Below, piece by piece: positions 57,993 through 64,000 of a DNA stretch of 64,000 nt. Made by a program: the position numbers and the translations under genes. Within the stretch, counting starts at the first letter, position 1; every line of letters begins with the position of its first letter. Under the pieces are notes generated by a model that saw only the letters and a list, made by a program, of their open reading frames with translations, was not told where the DNA came from and ran no database searches. The stretch covers positions 38,284 through 102,283 of the forward strand of contig DULZ01000092.1 in NCBI GenBank assembly GCA_012840125.1, written 5' to 3'. The DNA comes from Clostridia bacterium (lineage in GTDB: Bacteria; Bacillota; DULZ01).

Positions 57993-60083
57993 TTGTCTAA
58001 AACACTGGTTATTGTCGAGTCGCCTGCCAAAGCAAAGACTATTACCAATTATTTGGGTTCAAGGAAATACATTGTTAGATCCTCCATGGGGCATATTCGT
58101 GACTTGCCTAAAAGCCAATTAGGAGTCGATGTGGAAAACGGCTTTGAACCTAAGTATATCACTATCAGGGGCAAAGGAGACCTGTTAAAAGAGCTCCGGG
58201 CGTTGGCCAAGAAGAGCGACCGGGTTCTTTTGGCACCGGACCCGGACCGGGAAGGGGAAGCCATTGCCTGGCATTTGCAGCAGATCTTAGGGATCGAGCA
58301 GCATGAAAAGTGCCGCATTGAATTTAATGAAATTACGAAAAAAGCCATCGAAGAGGCGGTGAAGCAGCCCAGGGAAATTGACTTCAATCGAGTAAATGCC
58401 CAACAGGCCCGCCGCGTTTTAGACCGGTTGGTGGGTTATAAGATCAGCCCCCTTTTGTGGGTGAAAGTGCGGAAAGGACTGAGTGCCGGACGAGTCCAGT
58501 CAGTGGCAGTGCGGCTGATTGTAGAAAGAGAAGAGGAAATCAAGAACTTTCAACCTGAAGAGTACTGGACTCTGACGGCGGAATTAACCAACCGGGAAGA
58601 AAAACCGTTTTTGGCCAAACTGGTTAAAGGACCGGACGGCAAAACTATTGAGATAAGCAGCCAAGATGAAATGGAACGGGTGCTGGCGCGGCTGCAAGGG
58701 GCCGTTTATTCCGTTACCGACGTTAAGAAAAAAGAAAAGAAAAGGAACCCATACCCGCCTTTTACTACCAGCAGCCTGCAGCAAGAGGCATATCGCAGGT
58801 TGGGTTTTGTGGCCAGAAAGACAATGCTGTTGGCCCAGCAGCTGTATGAAGGGATAGAACTGGGCAAAAAGGGCGATGCCCATGGCTTAATTACTTATAT
58901 TAGAACGGATTCCACCAGGGTTTCGGCAGAAGCTCAAGGTGAGGCAAGACGATATATTGAAACAGAGTTCGGCAGCCCTTTCGTGCCCCCGCAGCCAAAA
59001 CAATACACCTCCGGCAAGAAGAGCCAGGACGCCCATGAGGCCATTAGACCGACGTCCGTGTTTAGAACGCCGGAGAGTGTGAAAGAGTATTTGACGAGGG
59101 ATCAGTTTCGACTTTACCGGTTGATCTGGGAACGGTTTGTCGCCAGCCAGATGAGTGCCGCGGTCATGGATGTGACGACGGTGGAAATCGAAGCTAATCA
59201 GTACCAGTTTAGGGCATCCGGTTCGGTGGTGAAGTTTCCCGGTTTTCTTAAAGTGTACGGGGACCTGCAGGATGAGCAGGCCGAAGAAGGAGGGCTCTTG
59301 CCGGATATGGAAGTAGGCCACCGGTTAGGGCTCAAAAAACTGGATCCAAGGCAGCACTTTACCCAACCGCCGCCCCGTTATTCAGATGCATCGCTGGTTA
59401 AGACCTTAGAAGAATTGGGCATCGGCCGGCCAAGCACTTATGCTCCTACCATCGAGAATATTCTTAACCGGGGTTATGTGGTCCGGGAAAACAAGCAATT
59501 CGTTCCTACCGAGTTGGGCGTCATTGTCGTAGAACTGTTAAAGGAGTTTTTCCCGGATGTAATCGAAATAGAGTTTACGGCCCATATGGAGCAAAAACTC
59601 GACGAGATTGAAGAAGGAAATGTGGACTGGAAAACAGTGGTGGAAGAGTTTTACCAGCCTTTTGCCAAGCTGCTGGAACATGCGGAGCAGGAAATGGCAA
59701 AAGTGGAGCTCCCGGAGGAAAAGACGGAGGAAGTATGCGAGAAATGCGGGCGCCAAATGGTGGTTAAAACTGGGCGTTATGGAAAGTTCCTGGCATGTCC
59801 CGGTTTTCCGGAATGCCGGAATACCAGGCCTCTCATGCAAACCATCGGGGTACCATGCCCGCAATGTGGAGCGGAGGTAGTGGTGCGCAAATCGAAAAAG
59901 GGTAAGACATTTTACGGCTGCAGCCGCTTTCCGGAATGCGATTGGGTTTCCTGGCACAAGCCCACGGACAGGAAGTGCCCCGACTGCGGCGGCCTGCTCC
60001 TGGAAAAACCGCAGCGGAAATCCGTTAAATTGGTCTGTTCCCGTGACGGTTGCGGTTATGAAGCTGCGCCTCCTCAGAGCTGA
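57993..60083 (+). CDS. topA: DNA topoisomerase I
   Basis: A 696-aa protein with a TOPRIM domain ([13 protein letters not shown]), an active-site Tyr region, and C-terminal Cys4 zinc ribbons. TTG start. Confidence 0.95.
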   Translation: MSKTLVIVESPAKAKTITNYLGSRKYIVRSSMGHIRDLPKSQLGVDVENGFEPKYITIRGKGDLLKELRALAKKSDRVLLAPDPDREGEAIAWHLQQILGIEQHEKCRIEFNEITKKAIEEAVKQPREIDFNRVNAQQARRVLDRLVGYKISPLLWVKVRKGLSAGRVQSVAVRLIVEREEEIKNFQPEEYWTLTAELTNREEKPFLAKLVKGPDGKTIEISSQDEMERVLARLQGAVYSVTDVKKKEKKRNPYPPFTTSSLQQEAYRRLGFVARKTMLLAQQLYEGIELGKKGDAHGLITYIRTDSTRVSAEAQGEARRYIETEFGSPFVPPQPKQYTSGKKSQDAHEAIRPTSVFRTPESVKEYLTRDQFRLYRLIWERFVASQMSAAVMDVTTVEIEANQYQFRASGSVVKFPGFLKVYGDLQDEQAEEGGLLPDMEVGHRLGLKKLDPRQHFTQPPPRYSDASLVKTLEELGIGRPSTYAPTIENILNRGYVVRENKQFVPTELGVIVVELLKEFFPDVIEIEFTAHMEQKLDEIEEGNVDWKTVVEEFYQPFAKLLEHAEQEMAKVELPEEKTEEVCEKCGRQMVVKTGRYGKFLACPGFPECRNTRPLMQTIGVPCPQCGAEVVVRKSKKGKTFYGCSRFPECDWVSWHKPTDRKCPDCGGLLLEKPQRKSVKLVCSRDGCGYEAAPPQS

Positions 60084-60109
60084 AGGATGCGGTCTGGAGG
60101 GATGAAGTT

Positions 60110-61420
60110 TTGAGGAAGTTGGTGATTGTCGGTGCCGGTTTGGCCGGAGCGGAGGCGGCCTGGCAGGCTGCCAAAAGAGGTGTCCGGGTGGAACTTTGGG
60201 AAATGAGACCGGAAAAGATGACTCCCGCCCACCGGACGGGCTGGTTTGCCGAACTGGTGTGCAGCAATTCGTTAAAAGCCAAAGGTTTGGATAATGCCTC
60301 CGGACTGTTGAAAGAAGAAATGAGGCTCCTGGACTCCTTAATCATCCGTTGTGCCGATAAGCATCAAGTGCCCGCCGGGGGAGCCCTGGCGGTGGACCGG
60401 GAAGATTTCTCCCGGGAAGTCACCGAAGTGATCAAGAGCCATCCTCGGATTAATGTGGTCCAGGCGGAAGTAACGGAAATACCTCATGACCGGCCCGTCA
60501 TTATCGCTACAGGCCCTTTGACGGGGGGAAAACTGGCCGAGGCGATCAAAACCCTGACCGGCGAAGACTATTTCTATTTTTTTGATGCTGCCTCGCCAAT
60601 TGTGACACTGGAATCCATTAACCAGAGCAAGGTTTTCAAGTCTTCCAGGTACGGCAAGGGTGAAGCGGACTATATTAACTGCCCCATGACTGAAGAGGAG
60701 TACGAAGTCTTTTACCGGGCCTTGCTGGAGGCGGAGGAAGCTCCCAAGAAAGAGTTTGAGAGAGAAATTTATTTTGAGGGGTGCATGCCGGTAGAAGTGC
60801 TGGCCCGCCGGGGCAAGCAAACCTTGCTGTATGGGCCGTTGAAACCCGTAGGTTTGGTTGATCCCCGCACCGGGAAAGAGCCCTTTGCCGTGGTACAGCT
60901 GCGGCAGGACAACAAAGAAGGCACCTTGTACAATCTAGTCGGTTTCCAGACCAATTTAAAATGGCCGGAACAAAAAAGGGTTTTCAGCCTCATCCCCGGG
61001 TTGGAGGAAGCAGAATTTGTACGCTACGGGGTCATGCACAGGAACAGCTTCATCAACGCACCGAAACTGCTGGATGCCGCAAACCAGCTGAAGAGTGAGA
61101 AAGGACTCTTTTTTGCCGGTCAACTGACGGGGGTGGAAGGATATGTGGAGTCGGCCGCCAGCGGCTTGGTGGCCGGGATCAATGCTGCCCGTTGGCTGCA
61201 AGGGTTGACCCCGTTAGTCTTCCCAGTGGAAACGGCTATTGGCGCCCTGCATCATTACCTGGTGTCTACTCCAGTGACGGATTTCCAACCCATGGGTATT
61301 AATTTTGGCTTGCTGCCGCCCTTAGACCGTAGAATTAAGGATAAGAGGGAACGAAACAAGCAGATTTCCCAGCGTGCTTTAATAAATTTACAAACTTTTA
61401 TTGAGAATAATGGCATTTGA
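60110..61420 (+). CDS. trmFO: methylenetetrahydrofolate--tRNA-(uracil54-C5)-methyltransferase TrmFO (Gid)
   Basis: FAD-binding GxGxxG ([13 protein letters not shown]). A 436-aa protein in the conserved topA-trmFO-xerC-hslVU order. Confidence 0.9.
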   Translation: MRKLVIVGAGLAGAEAAWQAAKRGVRVELWEMRPEKMTPAHRTGWFAELVCSNSLKAKGLDNASGLLKEEMRLLDSLIIRCADKHQVPAGGALAVDREDFSREVTEVIKSHPRINVVQAEVTEIPHDRPVIIATGPLTGGKLAEAIKTLTGEDYFYFFDAASPIVTLESINQSKVFKSSRYGKGEADYINCPMTEEEYEVFYRALLEAEEAPKKEFEREIYFEGCMPVEVLARRGKQTLLYGPLKPVGLVDPRTGKEPFAVVQLRQDNKEGTLYNLVGFQTNLKWPEQKRVFSLIPGLEEAEFVRYGVMHRNSFINAPKLLDAANQLKSEKGLFFAGQLTGVEGYVESAASGLVAGINAARWLQGLTPLVFPVETAIGALHHYLVSTPVTDFQPMGINFGLLPPLDRRIKDKRERNKQISQRALINLQTFIENNGI

Positions 61421-61462
61421 TATTGCACTTGTTTGCCAAGTGTGGCAACATATTGATAGCCG

Positions 61463-62383
61463 GTGTTTTGGGGGTGCCTGTTATTGGAGACAGTTGAATT
61501 CTGGCTGGACCGCTACGCTCTTTTTCTGGAGACAGAAAAGAACTATTCCCCTCATACCGTGAAAGCATATCTCTCTGATCTCCGTGAATTCATGCAGTAT
61601 CTACGTGCCTCCAACCAGATCGACGGTTTTTTATTTCCCCAGCACTGGCAGGTGCGCGGTTATTTGGGAAGTTTAAATCGTCAAGGATTATCTAAAGCGA
61701 CGGTGGCCCGCAAGCTGGCGTCCCTCCGGAGTTTTTACAAATTTCTCGTGAAACAAGACGCAATTCCGGAGGATCCCTTACTATTGGTTGTGACACCGAA
61801 AAAGCCAAAACAGCTGCCCAGGTTTGTGCATTATTATGATTTAGAACAGCTGCTGGATGCGATTCCCGCGGAAACGGATTTGGGTGTGCGCAATCGAGCC
61901 ATCTGGGAGACTTTATATGCTTCCGGGATACGAGTATCTGAGTTGGTGAATTTAGACCTGGGGGATGTGGATTTTTCCATAGGCAGTCTCAGAGTTAAGG
62001 GTAAAGGGCAAAGAGAACGGTTGGCACCACTTGGCAGGCATAGTATTTACTGGCTTAAGCTGTATATCGAGACGAGTCGTATAAAATTGTTGGGCCACCG
62101 GGAAACGGAGGCTCTCTTTTTGAATAAGAGCGGCCGGCGTTTGACCGACAGGGGTGTGCGGTTTATCATTGATGAGGGTGTGAAGAAAGTAGCCCTGGCT
62201 CTCAAGGTATCCCCCCACTGGTTGCGGCATTCCTTTGCCACCCATATGTTGGAAAGAGGGGCGGATCTAAGAGCAGTACAAGAGCTGTTGGGACACATCA
62301 ACTTGTCCAGCACCCAGGTTTATACCCATGTGACCGGTACTCGCCTCAGGGAAGTCTACCTGAAAGCACATCCCAGGGCATAA
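61463..62383 (+). CDS. xerC: tyrosine recombinase XerC (CodV)
   Basis: R ... HxxR ... Y catalytic set (HWLRHSFATH ... LGHINLSSTQVYTH). Chromosomal dif recombinase context (followed by hslVU). The real start may be TTG 61484. Confidence 0.85.
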   Translation: MFWGCLLLETVEFWLDRYALFLETEKNYSPHTVKAYLSDLREFMQYLRASNQIDGFLFPQHWQVRGYLGSLNRQGLSKATVARKLASLRSFYKFLVKQDAIPEDPLLLVVTPKKPKQLPRFVHYYDLEQLLDAIPAETDLGVRNRAIWETLYASGIRVSELVNLDLGDVDFSIGSLRVKGKGQRERLAPLGRHSIYWLKLYIETSRIKLLGHRETEALFLNKSGRRLTDRGVRFIIDEGVKKVALALKVSPHWLRHSFATHMLERGADLRAVQELLGHINLSSTQVYTHVTGTRLREVYLKAHPRA

Positions 62384-62396
62384 GGGGGGTTGACTG

Positions 62397-62924
62397 GTGC
62401 ATGCCACTACCATTATCGGCGTGCTGAAAGACGGGCAAGTAGCCCTGGCCGGTGACGGGCAAGTCACCTTCGGCAATAATATTATCATGAAGCATCATGC
62501 CCGCAAAGTGAGAAAGCTTTATCAAGGCAGAGTACTGGCAGGGTTTGCCGGCGCCGTGGCCGATGCTTTTACCTTGTTTGATAAATTCGAGGCTAAACTT
62601 GAGGCTTACCATGGCAATTTATATAGAGCCGCCGTTGAATTAGGCAAAGAATGGCGCTCCGACCGGGTGTTGCGGCGGCTGGAAGCTTTGCTTTTGGTGG
62701 CTGACCGGGAAAAAATGCTGATTATTTCAGGTAGTGGTGAAATCATCGAGCCCGATGATGCGGTGGCGGCCATTGGGTCAGGCGGTGGATTTGCCCTGGC
62801 AGCGGGAAAAGCCTTGCTTCATCACACTGATATGACTGCCGGGGAAATCGCTCAAGAGGCTTTAAAGATAGCGTCCTCGATCTGTGTTTTTACCAATGAT
62901 CATATTACGGTAGAAACTCTGTGA
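62397..62924 (+). CDS. hslV: ATP-dependent protease subunit HslV (ClpQ)
   Basis: N-terminal Thr after processing (TTIIGV), GDGQV, and the GSGG motif. Confidence 0.9.
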   Translation: MHATTIIGVLKDGQVALAGDGQVTFGNNIIMKHHARKVRKLYQGRVLAGFAGAVADAFTLFDKFEAKLEAYHGNLYRAAVELGKEWRSDRVLRRLEALLLVADREKMLIISGSGEIIEPDDAVAAIGSGGGFALAAGKALLHHTDMTAGEIAQEALKIASSICVFTNDHITVETL

Positions 62925-62940
62925 CGATAGAAGGGGGAAC

Positions 62941-64000
62941 ATGATGCACGATTTGACTCCCAAGCAAATTGTGGAGGAATTGGACAAATATATAGTGGGG
63001 CAAGAAGAAGCCAAGAAAACGGTGGCCGTGGCCCTGAGAAACCGCTATCGTAGAAGTCTCTTGCCTCCATCCATGCAGGAGGAAATTACACCCAAGAATA
63101 TTATTTTAATTGGGCCCACAGGCGTAGGCAAAACAGAGATTGCGCGGCGGCTGGCCAAATTAGTAAACGCACCGTTCCTTAAAGTGGAAGTGACAAAATT
63201 CACAGAGGTGGGTTATGTGGGACGAGATGTGGAGTCCATGGTGCGTGATCTGGTGGAAGTAGCCGTTCGCATGGAAAAAAGCGAAAGAATCAAAGAAGTG
63301 GAAGAAAAAGCGCGGCACCTGGCAGATGAACGGTTACTGGACATATTGGTGCCTTATCCTCGAAATAGTAAATCTAATCGAAATCCTCTGGAGTTTATTT
63401 TTGGCTCACCTGTCAATAATAGTAATAGCCAGGAGTACCGCGCCAGGATGGAAGAAGAAGTGAGGCAGGTGGAGGAAAAGAGGGAGATCTACCGGCACAA
63501 ACTTAAGAGGATGGAGTTAGAGGACGAACCGGTGGAAGTGGAATTAGAAGACAACAGCCCGTCCATGCTGGAAGTGTTTACCGGTTCAGGTATGGATGAA
63601 ATGGGAATTAACTTGCAAGACCTATTAGGAGGGATGCTGCCGAAAAGGAAAAAGAAGCGCAAACTCAAGGTTTCGGAAGCGAGAAAGTATCTTATTCAGG
63701 AAGAGGCCGACAAGCTCATCGACATGGATGAAGTGGCCGCTAAGGCGATCAGCAGGGTAGAGCAAAACGGGATTATTTTCCTGGATGAGATTGATAAGAT
63801 TGCGGAAAAGGAAGGCAACTACGGCCCCGATGTGTCCCGGGGCGGCGTGCAAAGGGATATTTTGCCTATCGTTGAGGGTGCTACCGTAGTCACCAAATAC
63901 GGTCCGGTCAAGACGGATCACATCTTGTTTATTGCGGCCGGTGCCTTTCATGTGGCAAAACCGTCAGACCTCATCCCTGAACTGCAAGGGCGTTTTCCCA
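62941..64000 (+). CDS. hslU: ATP-dependent protease ATPase subunit HslU (ClpY); the 3' end lies outside the window
   Basis: Not in the ORF track (no stop before the window end). Walker A ([15 protein letters not shown]) and IFLDEIDKI Walker B. The frame is open to 64000. Confidence 0.9.
   Translation, partial: MMHDLTPKQIVEELDKYIVGQEEAKKTVAVALRNRYRRSLLPPSMQEEITPKNIILIGPTGVGKTEIARRLAKLVNAPFLKVEVTKFTEVGYVGRDVESMVRDLVEVAVRMEKSERIKEVEEKARHLADERLLDILVPYPRNSKSNRNPLEFIFGSPVNNSNSQEYRARMEEEVRQVEEKREIYRHKLKRMELEDEPVEVELEDNSPSMLEVFTGSGMDEMGINLQDLLGGMLPKRKKKRKLKVSEARKYLIQEEADKLIDMDEVAAKAISRVEQNGIIFLDEIDKIAEKEGNYGPDVSRGGVQRDILPIVEGATVVTKYGPVKTDHILFIAAGAFHVAKPSDLIPELQGRFP

Noticed and set aside
61463-62383. 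Tyrosine recombinase as a possible integrase marking a mobile element or island boundary.
   Set aside because: The context is the universally conserved topA-trmFO-xerC-hslV-hslU block. This is the chromosomal dif recombinase (CodV/XerC), not a phage or ICE integrase. No att-like repeats or cargo genes are adjacent.

Overview
This 64-kb window comes from a ~55% GC endospore-forming Firmicute (Clostridia). The evidence for sporulation is an alpha/beta-type SASP gene with a sigma-G-like promoter, the germination protease gpr and ylbJ. The gene set (11-subunit nuo, fused ADP-forming acetyl-CoA synthetase) suggests a Peptococcaceae- or Heliobacteriaceae-like lineage, but this cannot be proven from sequence alone. 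The window is almost entirely core chromosomal housekeeping, tightly packed and mostly on the + strand. It reads like three Bacillus subtilis neighbourhoods fused together:

- PP2C phosphatase, PASTA kinase prkC, rsgA, rpe ... rpmB(-), asp23, yloV, recG
- rsmD, ylbJ(-), patatin (ylbK-like), ackA, yceD, rpmF
- fapR-plsX-fabH-fabK-fabD-fabG-acpP-fabF-rnc-smc-ftsY-ylxM-ffh-rpsP-KH-rimM-trmD-rplS-lepB-rbgA-rnhB ... dprA-topA-trmFO-xerC-hslV-hslU

Lineage-specific content is layered onto this backbone:

- a SEDS protein and a class B PBP inside the phosphatase/kinase operon
- an FMN riboswitch plus ribU where thiN sits in Bacillus
- an SASP/gpr pair
- a fused ADP-forming acetyl-CoA synthetase
- a second FabK-like gene with a Cys cluster
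- an MtaD-like amidohydrolase
- an 11-gene nuoABCDHIJKLMN operon lacking nuoEFG, followed by yraN and comM, in the position occupied by sucCD in Bacillus

I found no tRNA, rRNA, CRISPR, transposase or prophage signature.

The most interesting unexplained signals are two structured noncoding regions ending in intrinsic terminators. One is a minus-strand leader or sRNA immediately upstream of the acetyl-CoA synthetase. The other is the rnc-smc intergenic region. The remaining observations are several perfect palindromes at promoters, a small hydrophobic peptide ORF between comM and dprA, and a secreted CxxCH/repeat protein.
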